Assembly (NCBI GenBank): GCA_009602735.1
Contig: WELA01000485.1
Coordinates: 1-64,000, forward strand
Direction: 5' to 3'
From: Mesotaenium endlicherianum
Lineage: Eukaryota
DNA length: 64,000 nt
Part shown: positions 48,533-60,731 of the stretch, piece by piece
Numbering within the stretch: position 1 is the stretch's first letter
Layout of the letters: each line of letters starts with the position of its first letter
The notes under the pieces: generated by a model
Database searches by the model: none
Told to the model about the DNA's origin: nothing
What the model saw: only the letters and a program-made list of their open reading frames with translations
Made by a program: the position numbers and the translations under genes

Positions 48533-51015
48533 CTCCTCCAAGGTCTTCAAATAGATCAAGATGTTGTCCAAAAATGCCACCACAAACTGGTCCAAATAGG
48601 ATCTTAAGATATTATTCATGAGCCCCATGAATGTAGCAGGTGCATTAGTCAATCCAAAAGGCATGACCGTGAACTCGAACAAACCATAGCGAGTACTGAA
48701 AGCAGTCTTCTGAACGTCTTGGTCGGATGAATCCCTTCTCCAATAACTCTGTCAGCTGCTTCTTCAACTCATCCAACTCCGCAAACGATTATCGATAGGC
48801 GGGTCTCACTGGTGGCTTGCTCCCTGGTTCCAACTCAATCTTGTGCTCCATAGCTCTCTGTGGAGGTAATCCTGCAGGTAGATCCTCAGGAAATACGCAC
48901 TGAACTCCTCCAACAGCGCCTTAATTTTGGCAGGAATCTCAGCAGGCTTCTTCTCTTGAGCAGTTGGGCTCTGCTCCTTCTCAGCAAGGGGATCAGACAC
49001 TACTACTTCCTCCTCTGGCGATGTACATTTGCCCAGGCTGTTAGGATTCACGCTTGCTCTATCTGATGACCCGGCCAGGGCCACCGAAACAAGGTACATC
49101 TCCTTCACCTGATTCGCCCTGCATAGCTTCTTAACTTGCAGGCTCGACAGAAGACAGTTACTTGTGGTCATATCTACCTCCACCTGTTTCGCTGTCTCCA
49201 TTCGACCACCACGCCCTTGGACTTNCCACGCCCTTGGACCTTCACTTGTCCTGTGCTCCAGTGCACTTGAGGGTTGGCTTTCCTCAGCCATGGTCTGCCC
49301 AATATCACCTCATGGTGACCCAACTCTGCCTGCTCCATAACTTCCTTACTGCGGTGCCCCGCTACTTCCACGTGAATAGTTTCCGTAGGTGCACCACACT
49401 TGAGTCTCTGCCCATTCGCCAAAATTGCCTCCTTGGGCTCATAATTCTTCTGCACAGGGATTCGCCACTCTTTCACCAGCTTCTTGTGCACAAAGTTTGC
49501 ACTTGCGCCACTGTTGACCATACACTTCGCCTTGTTGCCGTCCACCACTCCTTCCACGATGATAGGCTTGTCAACATCTCGTCTTTCGCTTCTCGGCAGG
49601 CTCCTGGGGGTAACCTCCTTGTAAGCTCTCGTCTTCACGCTAGTAGATGCCCCAGAACGACTTACTGGCGTCCTCCTTTTTCCTGCTGTTGAGGTTGCTT
49701 CGCCTGCACATGACAGTCTCGAGCCAGATGTCCAAGCTTGCCGCAATTAAAACCGCAATCACTACCCTAATAGTAGGGTCCTCTTGGCTTGAAATTCTGC
49801 TGCCTGCGCTGGTACTGCACAAGTCCCAACTCCATAGGTACTGGACCTTGAACACTCGTGCTTGGCGCTTGAGGTCCAAAGCGTTGATATCCTCCAAAGT
49901 TGTGGCTTAGGCGCACGCACTCCCGATGCGGGTGAAATAATCGGTTGCACCACTGGATTAATATGAATTGGTGGCACAACAGGTGCAGGTGGCGAACTCG
50001 TCAAAGCGGCGTTCCCCATAACAACTCCCACTAATTTCTCTACCTCCTGGCGCATACTTTGTTGAAATTGGGCGTAGACTTCTCCTCCCATTGCATTCGC
50101 CATTTGCCTTAGCATCGCCTGCATCTCTTGTTGCTCTCTGGTCATCGTTGGTGCTGCCTGCTGCCCCGCGTGCTCAACATGCTCAACATGCTCGCCTCCT
50201 CCAGCTGCCGACTACGACTCCATAATATAATATGCAAACTAGCCCAGCTCCGATACCAGATGAAAGGGGCAAAGTGCCCTAGTGGAAGCGTAGTATCTCA
50301 CGAGGAAAGAAACTAGTTGCAATCATACTAAAGAGCGCAGCGGCATATCACTAAGAAAGCTTAAAAAAATTTCTCAATATTTTGAGTGGCAAGAAATTGC
50401 TCACAAATGATGTAGGATGGAAGGCCTTGTCATTACAAACCCGTAAAAATTTACAGAAGTGAAAACTGATAAGAAACGAAGTAGTTATGCCTATTTATAG
50501 TTTTCTACGACGGTCGCTTGCCCCTAGGCGGGAGGGCCGCTTAGCAACGGATTTCCTTAAAGTGTTTGTCAAATTGTCCCTTCCAAAACATTCGTGAGAA
50601 AGCCAGATCAGTCTCATCTGACGTGTCGGGTCGATTTGACGTCCACATGCATGCATCGAAATACCTAGAATATACCAACTTAGACGCGCTAGGCTAATCC
50701 GAAACTTCTAGGTAAATCGACCTAGTCCGCACTCCGCGTCAGCCGAACTTACGTGAAGGTTCAATTCATTCTAACGGCTCAGATCGCTCGACGCTGTTGG
50801 TCAATCCGTCGGTCGCGCTCACCGCGAATAAAGGATAGTCGTCAACCGACCTCAAAACTAATTAAACTTCGAAAATCCATAACTCTCTCAATACTTGACC
50901 AAATTCGATGAACTTTATATCAAAATGATCAAAAACATGCATTCTACACTACTTGCCAATCAAAACATACTTTCATGAAACTCAAAAATGCACTTTATAT
51001 ACTTATGACCTTACA
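48533..51015 (-). mobile_element. Element F, 5' part (5' LTR 50261-51015, PBS 50247-50258, deleted gag, protease, partial RT)
   Basis: LTR homologous to 37868-38608; GPVPMELG and [37 protein letters not shown] and AFLDNILIY. Confidence 0.9.
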
Positions 51016-52359
51016 GTTTGGCAACCTCGGATCATGGAGGGAGTGGAAGCTGTGAGTAACAGGGACCGTGGCCCGCAAGAGCTGCTGCCAGTCCCTTATC
51101 CAGTTAAGTCTGCTGCCAATTTGATGCCTAGAGTAGACCCACTGCCGCAAGGCATTGTGAGGTTGGAAGATCCCTTTCGCAGGAAAGGAGTAGTAGGGCT
51201 AGAATTGTTTGCCGGACTTGGTTTTGGAACCATCTTACTGATTCAGCGAGGTATCCAGGTTTCCAAAGTACTGTATGTGGACAATGATAAATGTGCTTTC
51301 ACAGCATTTAAGGAGGTCATGAGTCAGATGCGGCAAATGTACCATTTCAAGGCGTTGGTGCCTACTAGTTTGGTGCGTCTTGCTGGAGGAAAAATTCTCA
51401 ACGTGAAGTCTGAGGACCTGTATGGTTACAGGATTGACTGGATCTTTCGGGGATTCTCTTGTCAACCTTTCTTGCAAGCTGGGAACAGGAGGAGATTCAA
51501 TGACCCGCGAGCACAACACTGGGGATGGATGGTGAAAATCATCAATCTGCTGCGGGAACGCCAGCATATCTACCCACCAGTGTTTGTGATTGAGAATGTA
51601 CATCCAGGGATGGATTACAACCAGATGAAGCCAGGAGATCCATGGCTGGTCTTCGACTCCACCCTGGGTCATCATGTATTGATCAACAACGCCAGACACG
51701 GAGGACTCTCACACCGGGCTAGACTATTCTGGACTAACGGCATGTCCATTGAAATCCTGAGGGAGATGGAGGAGATTACGCGGCGCTCACCAACAGCAGT
51801 ATCTGTAGGAAAATCACTGATGGTGGAAACCAAGCCAATGATCAGGAGAGATTCCTTCCCACAGTACGTCATCAACGAGCCAGGCCGGCCAAGGGTGGTG
51901 CTGCCCACCTTCACGGCATACCCAAGATCACGCGCATTCGTGAATGGAGGACCAGGAATGGTCAAGAATGCGCACGACAGAGAAGCTCAGTGGAGAGAGC
52001 CGACAGCTGAAGAGAACGGAAGGTGCCTCGGGTTACCCAACTCCATTGCACAAGAAATTGTTGCGATGGTGGGACAAGACGACGCTGGGAAGATATTCGG
52101 CAATATGATTGGGCATCACTCCATGACGTGGTTGGTGGAGACAATCATGACGTGGCAGCAGATGACATTCTCTGAGAAGCCTATGCCCAGGCCGAGACCA
52201 GTAACGATTGGAGTCCAGGTGGTGCCAACCTCTGATCAGAGAGCTATCAGAGAAGCGCATCAGCGACAAGAAGAATATGGTGTTGAAAGGGACGCAGCTG
52301 AGGCTGACCAAGGTGAAGCACTCAGAAAAACCAGAGTGGCAGAGCTGACCAGGTGTTAA
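51016..52359 (+). CDS. A2 C5-cytosine DNA methyltransferase domain, open frame with all catalytic motifs
   Basis: I LELFAGLG; IV GFSCQPF (PCQ in A1); VI VIENV; VIII SHRARLFWTN; IX WREPTAEENGRCLGLP; X KIFGNMI, in canonical order. The first 21 aa of the track ORF (50953) are F LTR sequence. Confidence 0.92.
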   Translation, partial: VWQPRIMEGVEAVSNRDRGPQELLPVPYPVKSAANLMPRVDPLPQGIVRLEDPFRRKGVVGLELFAGLGFGTILLIQRGIQVSKVLYVDNDKCAFTAFKEVMSQMRQMYHFKALVPTSLVRLAGGKILNVKSEDLYGYRIDWIFRGFSCQPFLQAGNRRRFNDPRAQHWGWMVKIINLLRERQHIYPPVFVIENVHPGMDYNQMKPGDPWLVFDSTLGHHVLINNARHGGLSHRARLFWTNGMSIEILREMEEITRRSPTAVSVGKSLMVETKPMIRRDSFPQYVINEPGRPRVVLPTFTAYPRSRAFVNGGPGMVKNAHDREAQWREPTAEENGRCLGLPNSIAQEIVAMVGQDDAGKIFGNMIGHHSMTWLVETIMTWQQMTFSEKPMPRPRPVTIGVQVVPTSDQRAIREAHQRQEEYGVERDAAEADQGEALRKTRVAELTRC

Positions 52360-54269
52360 GACCTACTGGCACGAATTGACAATCGGATGACGGCTCTACA
52401 CGACCCTCTGGAAAGAGAGTTGCGAAGGCTGCGGGATGACGTAGCCATGGAAGACCAGGCAACTGGTGAAGCAAACCCTTTGGCGAGCGCTGCAGCAAGC
52501 AAATCATAGGAGGTCCCATTATCTGCAGAATGCTCCAGCCAAATATTTGTGAGGATGCCGGAATGGGAGGAAGAGACCACTTATGAGTTACGGAACATGG
52601 CCCAAGACCAGGTCTACGGAAGCCCATTCCCAGGCGCGGCAACGTCAAGATATGGAGAACGCCAGTGCAATATTAGCAAATGGGCCGAAGAATGCAGTCA
52701 GAATTCAGGAAATTTTGGAGGGTCTGGAAAGACCATTTTCTTGGAGGTGATTTTTGAAGAACGCAAGAAGGAGACGGTCGAGAGATTGCCCGCCACACCT
52801 GTTTTGATGAGCCCAGAGCCAGAGACCAAAGGGCAACCACAAGGCACAGTTACCAGCACAGCTGAGTCGATCACCAGGCAAATCATGGAGCAGTTGCTGG
52901 AAGCAGACGCCCCTCGACTCAAGGAAGAGAAAGTGGCGAAAGCAGCTCGCGCTCTACAGTCAGCCATCATCAACATGGCGAGGCTCAACACAGGAGGGGA
53001 TGAAGAACCGCCGCCTCCTGGAACGGAGAAGCCGGAGGAGGGAGAGACTGCAGAGATGCAAGGCCTCCCAGAGTTTGCGTTACCGTCACTCAACAATGGA
53101 GTGGAAGCAAGGGAAGAAGTTCCACTTTTTCCCACGCCAGAGTTGGATCTGCTTGACTTGCAGGAGCTGAGGACAGACGACTGGGTAGCTGACCACCAGA
53201 TGGGGCCAAGCCCAGCAGACCTTTATGAAGAACTAAGGTTACCAACATCTAGTACCCCTATTGCTAGTCTTTCAGTGGCAGAGCCCAAGTCAACCGCACG
53301 ACCGCCGCAACGGCAGGAGGTGACTACCTGCACTGCTAAAGTTGAGACAGCGCAAGATAAGCCCGAGGGTCGCGCAAGCAGACCAAGGAAGGCGGCCCGT
53401 GAGGGTAACGCATCTTTTAAGAGGATGCTAAAGCGATATTTCAAGCATAAGGGGAAGGCTCACAGAGAGGGCGTTTCGCGAGGAACCACAGCCCCACCCC
53501 CTCCGCCTCTGCGGGATATTCTGCAGAGAGAGGGAGAGGACGGCTTGATTCGAAGGGCAATGGCATTGGGCATCAGTGTGCCGCTAGGCATTAACACGCC
53601 CTTGTTGCAACTATCAGATCTTAGGATGCAAAGGCCGGAGGCACCTGCTCCCATGACACCTGCAATCCCATAATGGGAACTGATGGATCTGAGAAACACC
53701 ATCAGTCGCTTGACCGCAGCAGATGATGCTTTCCTCGAACAACTAGCGGCACCTCAAAGGCTGCAAACGTTGGTGCAGGCATGGACGGTCACACCACCCG
53801 CAAGAGAGGAGTATGGCACGACCGTCGCCCGCATGGCTAGTATTGAGCGAAAGTGGGGCTGGGTAATCAGCCCTAGGACAGATCCTGCAGGTTGGCCAGT
53901 GGCAAACCAACCTCGGCCACGTGAAGAAGGAGGAACCGGGACCAATTGGACTGCAGTCGACGAAGAAATGTTCCTGAGGCAACCCATTCGGAGGCGCCTG
54001 ACGTACACCTCATCGCAAGAGAGGCGACGCGTCATTGGGAAATGTAATAAGCCTAGGAAACAGGCTGCAGAGCCTATGGCAACGGAGGAGCAAGCTGCAA
54101 AGCCTGCTACCCCACCTCCTAAGAATCAGGCAGAAAAGCCTGAGAGCCAGAATTAGGCAAAAAAGCCCGAGGGCCAGGATGAGGGCGGAAAGCCCCCACC
54201 TGCACCCAAGAAGTAGCAACTACTGGATGCCTTTGTTGGGGAGAAGCAACTTGAAACTGAGACTTTTGC

Positions 54270-55545
54270 CATTGGGAAAATGGTCTCAGCCCAGTAGAGA
54301 GCACAAGTAGAAAGGTTGCTAAAGAAACACCGCAAGGTGTTTGCTTTTACAAAGGAGGAGATTGGTAGAACCACTGCCAGTGTGTGTGAGGTCACACTAA
54401 CTACTGATAACCCAGATTGACTTGGGCCGCATAAGCTCAGTCAGACAGAGTGGGACTGTGCGGAGAAAACTTGCTGAAGAGCTGCATAAGCTCCGCATGA
54501 TTGAAAAATTCACCTCAGTGCATGGGGCTCCCACAATAGTAGTCGCTAAAAAGGACGAGGCCGGCAATTACATTGCCACTCGTATGTGTGGAAATTAGAG
54601 GCGACTGAATCTCTACACTGAGCCAGACAGCTATGTGATGCCTACGCCGGAGCCGATCTTTGCGATTGCCACCACTGGGAAGGTGTTCAGCATCATCAAT
54701 TTGCGCCAAGGCTTCAACCAGATCCCAGTGAAAACAGAAGATCAAGGTAAGATCGCTTTCTGGGCTTAAAGGGAACTTTGGCAATGGACAGTAATGCTGT
54801 TTGGGCTGAAAAATGCCCCAGCCATATTTCAGAGGACTATGGATAAAGTGCTGGAGGGGCTGGATTTTGCTAAGCCATACATTGACGATGTGGTAGTATT
54901 CAGCGAGTCCATAGAGGAGCACCCCGAGCACTTGGAACAAGTGTTCCAGCGCCTGGAGAAATTCCAGATGAAGCTGCATCCTGGGAAGTGCAAATTCTTT
55001 GAGGCACATGTGCCTTACCTAGGACATGAGATTGGGAACAATGCTATATCCCCTCAGGCTGTGAAGACTGAGGCCATTTACAAGATACCTGCACCTGCAA
55101 ATTTGTCTAACTTGAAAGCTCTGTTAGGGCTAAGCGGATACTATCGTAAGTTTGTGAAGGATTATAGCAGAATTGCTAAACTCCTGACGGAACTCCTGAA
55201 AAAGGATGTGCCTTTTGCGTGGACAGAAGCTCAGGATAAAGCCATGAACGAGCTTAAGAAGCGGCTGGTAACAGCCCCAGTCTTGCGAACGCCTGACTAC
55301 TCCAAGCCGTTTAATCTGCACACTCACTGGAGTCATGTGGGAATTGGCGCAGTGCTCACTCAGTCCGCAAGCCCTAGAGAGAAGTATGTCATTGCCTATG
55401 CCTCAGGCTCCAACAATCGAGCGGAGAGCAACTACTCGTCCTACGAGGAGAGCTGCTGGCAGTGGTTTGGGTTGTCACACACTTCAGAGAGTATCTGTGG
55501 GGAAGACCCTTCACGCTGATCACGGATCACTCACCATTACTATGG
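54270..55545 (+). pseudogene. pol: A2 RT and RNase H start
   Basis: MLFGLKNAPAIFQR, PYIDDVVVFS, YVIAYAS, ESNYSSYE; stops shared with A1. Confidence 0.92.
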
Positions 55546-56488
55546 TGTTACGTTTCTGCTTTTCGAGAGGAACTTTCCTCGGTATTCAAGGAATATTTGA
55601 TTCAAGTGGAAGGAAAATCTGTATAATTGTGCAAATCGACGAATACTCGAAAGAGCGAAGATGTAAACTAACGTAGAACGTGTGCTTGTGAGAGTTGCAC
55701 TCACAATGACTCTACAGGTATTTAAACCTGTACAACATGAGGCACTGGAGTGCTTCGAGTCACCACCTTGGGCATTGGTTCATGTTCAACGAAAACGGTC
55801 GAAGGGACGTGTCCCATTCGGCCGAATGCTCAAAACGCGCCGTTTGGCGGTTTGGAGACTTTTCAATGGTTTTCCGAAAACCGGTTCGCGCCAGACGGGC
55901 GTTTTCGCGTTCTCGCGACTTTTCGAAAAGTCGCGACTGTTCGCGGAGTCGCGTTCAAATGATTACGTCATGAACCAGGAGTTACGAGTAACTACTTGGC
56001 CAATTGGTATAGGTGTGAACGTTTCAAACGACAAGTCGCGGGTTCGAATCCGCGTCGATGTACAGCGACTTTGCATATTTCGTTTCGTTTGTCTTTACGA
56101 CGGTTTGTTCGTATCTTGATACGACGGTTTGTTCGTATTAACGACTGGTCGTAAATTCGAAATCTGTGATTGTGCATTGTCGAAATAATGACAATCAAAT
56201 CAACTTAATCAATCAATGATTTAATGAGTTATCATCTCATAATTAATCAAAGTAGCTTTATGAATAATTATGTCGTACTTTTGCGAAGTAGTCGAGTTAC
56301 GTTACGACGCTTTTTGCAATAGTATCTCGGTCGTTTCGCCAATCGACCAGGAATTAATCGGCACACATGTGTGGCGAATAATTAAATATGATGCAATCAT
56401 TTATCAAATAGTATGATAAATAGTGTAACGTACTTTAGGTAATTTGGAAAACGTCCCAAATACGCCTAAAATAGCTCGGATCGTTACA
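55546..56488 (-). repeat. C 3' LTR
   Basis: TG...CA, adjacent PPT and TSD. Confidence 0.95.
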
Positions 56489-56640
56489 CTCCTCCCCCCT
56501 TAAAAGAACTTAACGTCCTCGTTAAGCGTACGTCTTTTAAGTCTTAATGTGTCAATACTAGTCTATACTAGTCTTGACTAGCGGAAAACACTGGTTTGAG
56601 CGATTGGACGGTGCATCATCACAGGGACGTAAAAGAGCAA

Positions 56641-59600
56641 TTACTTGGCCGCGTCTCTTTTGCGTTTGTTCTTTGGTGTACAAAGCGCGCCTCGTAGCAC
56701 ACCTGCCTTAGCGCAGAGCTCTTGAGCTTGAGGCCATCGTAACCAATATCTTTGAACCAAATCCTTACAATTTAGGAGGATCTCATCCTGAGGTTCGTAC
56801 GAATTCCAACTGGAATCGTAATCGAGCCATTTGATGAAAAGCTCCACTCGCGGAGGCTTATGACGGGTGTAGCGGTGTCCCAACACCTCTTGTACATCCC
56901 AGGCCTTATCATCATCGTCGAGTTCCAACTCTGGTGCTTGTGGCTGATAGCGGCCATCGGACCTAAACAATTTTAGTAAACTGACATGGAACACAGGATG
57001 CGTTCGCCCCATAGATTTAGGCAAATCCAGTCGATATGCTACAGGTCCGACCTTTGCAGTTTCGATAAAAGGGCCTACCCAGCGAGGCAGAAGCTTGCGC
57101 TTCCCTGGGTGCTTGAGTTGGAGGTTTTTAGTTTGCAAAAGTACTTTATTGCCAACTTCAAAACTTAATTCAGTCCTGTGCGTGTCAGCGAACATTTTTT
57201 GTTGGTCGCGAGCAGCGGCTAAGGCCAATTTCGCGCTCTTGTGCACCTCGTGAAGAGAGTGGACAAATAAGCGTGCACTTGGTACTCTCATGGTTGATGT
57301 CCCCGTCCCACCGAGAACCGAGCGTGTGAGGGGAGTGTGCGGATGTCTTCCATAGTTAAGGAAAAATGGAGTTTCCTTAACACTTTCCTGATAAGCATTA
57401 TTAACTGCGAACTCTGCAACGGACACGAGGGTGTCCCAGTTGTCTTGACGAGGATTCACATAATGCCTAAGGAACTGTTGCAGAATCCGGTTCAGGCGTT
57501 CTGTCTGACCATCGGTCTGAGGATGGAAGCTAGTTGACATCTTAAGGTTTGTGCCAAAATGCGAGCAAACTTCCTGCCAGAAGTGGCTCGTAAATCGACT
57601 ATCACGATCGCTTATGATCTCTTTCGGCATACCATGCAACTTGAACACGTGATCCACGAAGAGACGCGCGGTCTCGACTGCATCAAGTGATGGTTTAGTG
57701 GCCACAAAGTGTACCATCTTAGTGAAACGATCCACGACCGTTAACACCCCATTGTGTCCTCTAGCGGTGGTAGGCAATTCAACGACAAAGTCGAGGCTTA
57801 TGCTTTCCCAAGGAGCACCTGCAAGTTCTAATGGTTGCAACTTCCTAGCTGGCCACGTATGGCTCGGCTTATTCCTCTGACATGTCGCGCAGTTGATGAT
57901 GTACTCAGTAACATCAACCTTGAGGGAAGGCCAAATGTACCCTCGGCGCAAAAGATGTGTGGTTTTGGTAATCCATGATGACCACAGTAAGGAGAGTCAT
58001 GCGCTTCCCGTAGGAGCTCATGTCTTACTCGGCCTTCTGGGACAGCAATGCGCCCATTGTGCCACCAAAAACCGTCCTCAAACGTATAGTCTGAGTGTCC
58101 TTTTCTTTTGTCCATTCTGTCCATCGTCACGGCTACACAGCTCAAGTCAAAACCCTGGAGATCTAGGAAAAACGGATCTTTGAGATAGCCCTCTTGAAAT
58201 AGTTGATGCAGGTCAAGTACTTCAGAAGTTTGCACGCTATCCAAATCGGGTTGGCCCGCGTCACCAGGCCAGGCAACGCCAATCGGCTGGGGGGGTACAG
58301 CAGAATCAAGGGTGGCCGCCCTCGAAACCTGACCATTTCGTCCTTGCAAACTAGCAACAGTCCCCAACATCAAGTGGTGGAGGGGAATTCGACTTAATGG
58401 GTCCGCAACATTATTGCGACCAGGGCGATACGCACAGTTAAAGTGGAATCGTTGCAAGAACTCAGACCATCTCGTCTGGCGCCTCGATAGCGTTGGCTGT
58501 ATTTGAAAGAAGGTATTTGGACAGTGGTCCGTGATCACGGTCAAACCCTTGCAACCTTCCAAATAACATCGCCAAGTTTTTAAAGCATATATGAATGCCC
58601 AGAGCTCCTACTCTGTCGTTGAGTAATTTTGTTTGGCAGGTGTCAGCTTTCAACTCTCAAAACTTATAGGCTTGCCCGCCTGCAACAGGACAGTCCCTAC
58701 TCGAACACCAGACGCATTGGCGACTACCTCGTAAGGCAAGTCGGGATCGGCTAATGAGAGAAGAGGCGCATTAGTGAGTGCATACTTAATGCGCTCGAAC
58801 GCAATCTGCGTAGTCTCATTCCAAATGAAAAGTCTATCTTTCCTTGTCAGAGCAGTGAGTGGCGCGGCCATCACTGAGTAACCTTGCAGAAACTTGCGAA
58901 AGTAGTTTGCAAACCCAAGGAATGAACGAACAGTATGCACATATGTCGCGACAGGCCAATCTGCGCCACACGCAATCTTGGCTGGGTCAGGGCGCACCCC
59001 TTTCGAACCCACTATATGTCTGAGGTACAAAAGTTCATCCTTTAGGAAGGAACGTTTCTTGAGCTTAGCATACAGCTCTTGCTCACGAAGGATTTGCAAC
59101 ACCAACTTGAGGTGCTTGTAATGCTCGTCCCTGTTCTTTGAATAGACGAGGATATCGTCGAGGTAAACCTGGACGAACTTTCCCAAGTAAGGTCTAAACA
59201 AATCGTTCATCGTGCTTTGGAATGTCGCTGGTGCATGTGTCAGTCCAAAACTTAGGACTCTGTATTGGAAGTGTCCAATAGGCGTACGAAACGCTGTCTT
59301 TAGAACATCCTCTGGTGTGATTCGTATCTGATGATAGCCTTGGGCTAAATCGAGCGAGGAGAACACGTATGCCCCCTGCAGTGAATCAAACAAGTCATCA
59401 ATGCGAGGCAACGAATAGCGGTTCTTGACCGTTATGTTGTTCAGCGCACAATAATCAATGCACATCTTGAGCGTACCATCTTTCTTTTGGACAAAGAGTA
59501 TGGGGGCCCCAAATGGAGAAGAGCTCGGCTCAGTCCCTCCTTTCTCAAGCAAATCGCTAATTTGGGCTTTCATTTCGTTCATCTCCAACGGGCTGAGGCG

Positions 59601-60710
59601 ATAAATTGGTCGCCAAGTTGGTAGAGCATCAGGAACGAGAGGAACCGTATGTCCAATACCCCTATCAGGCGGGAGGCCAGGCGGTATTTCACTTGGGAAC
59701 ACTAACTTGTACTTTTGCAAAAGAGCAGAAAGTTCAGCTGTAAGTGTGTCTTCATGACCAGTCAAATCGAGTGTAGGCTCCTCCTTGGAGAGCTTAGTGA
59801 CTGGGGAATCAGGTCGTAGTAATCCAAAGAAAACATTGTGACCTTTCTTTGCCAAACGTCTAGCTTGCTTTATGGACAATAGAAGAGTCTTGGAGGGACT
59901 TTCTAATTCCATATCGGGCTTTAGGGATTGAAGAGTGATCTTCCTTGTCCCTTTGCGTACAATGCATGTCTTTTGACTGAAGTCAAGCAATGCACTTGTT
60001 TGCGTAAGCCAAGTTGTTCCCAAAATTGCATCAATACCCTCGGGCAACTTAGTAACATAGAATTGTTCGTGGCCGATGTATGATTGCACTTTGAGCTGCA
60101 ACTTTATCTTTCCAAGAGTACAAGCTAAGGAACCATCGCCAAGTCGAAGGTCCTCGTTCTTGAGTGTTGGAATCAACTTCATCCCTTGTGCAAAACGTGC
60201 ACTAATGAAGCTCACTGACGCGCCTGAATCAATGATGGTGAAGCATGACTTGCCTGAAACTTTCGCGCCAAACGTCATACTTAGCCCCAAAGAAGCATTA
60301 TACATCGCTAGCAATGTCCTCGCCTTAAGAGGAATGTGGGAAATATGGAGGTCCTTTACAAGAATCCCATTTTGCGTTGCCAATCCCGCGCGAAATTGAG
60401 TGAAAGGCTCATCGTACGCGCGTCGTGTTGCGAATGCAGCAATATAAATTGGTGCAAGGCACATGTGCATTCTCCTTAAATGAGCCAAGTGTGCGTAACA
60501 CTTTGCAAGGTTAGAATCATGCGGCTGAAAGTGCAAGAACATGCAATCATGGATGCACTCGAGTTCCAAAAACTCGACAAAGCTCAACACTTGCATACAA
60601 ATATATTTGTTTTGAATTATATTTATATCGGGTATGCCAGAGTGTACAAGAACCTTTGGTGCTTGCGAACAAACACCTAGAATTTCCTGCTCACTAAGTC
60701 GTGTTGTCAA
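56641..60710 (-). pseudogene. pol: C pol: protease, RT, RNase H, integrase, chromodomain-like tail (frameshifted)
   Basis: IIDSGASVSF; VYLDDILVYS; HDSPYCGH...[39 protein letters not shown]...FIKWLDYDSSWNSYEP. Confidence 0.94.
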
Positions 60711-60731
60711 TAGCTAAACAATAGCTATTTA

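Noticed and set aside
51016..52359. Bacterial restriction-modification gene or contamination
   Set aside because: Embedded collinearly in a retrotransposon polyprotein in two copies; no endonuclease or operon context
55990..56061. Functional tRNA (TCA anticodon, Sec/opal)
   Set aside because: Acceptor stem unpaired and anticodon stem weak; kept only as a tRNA-like relic
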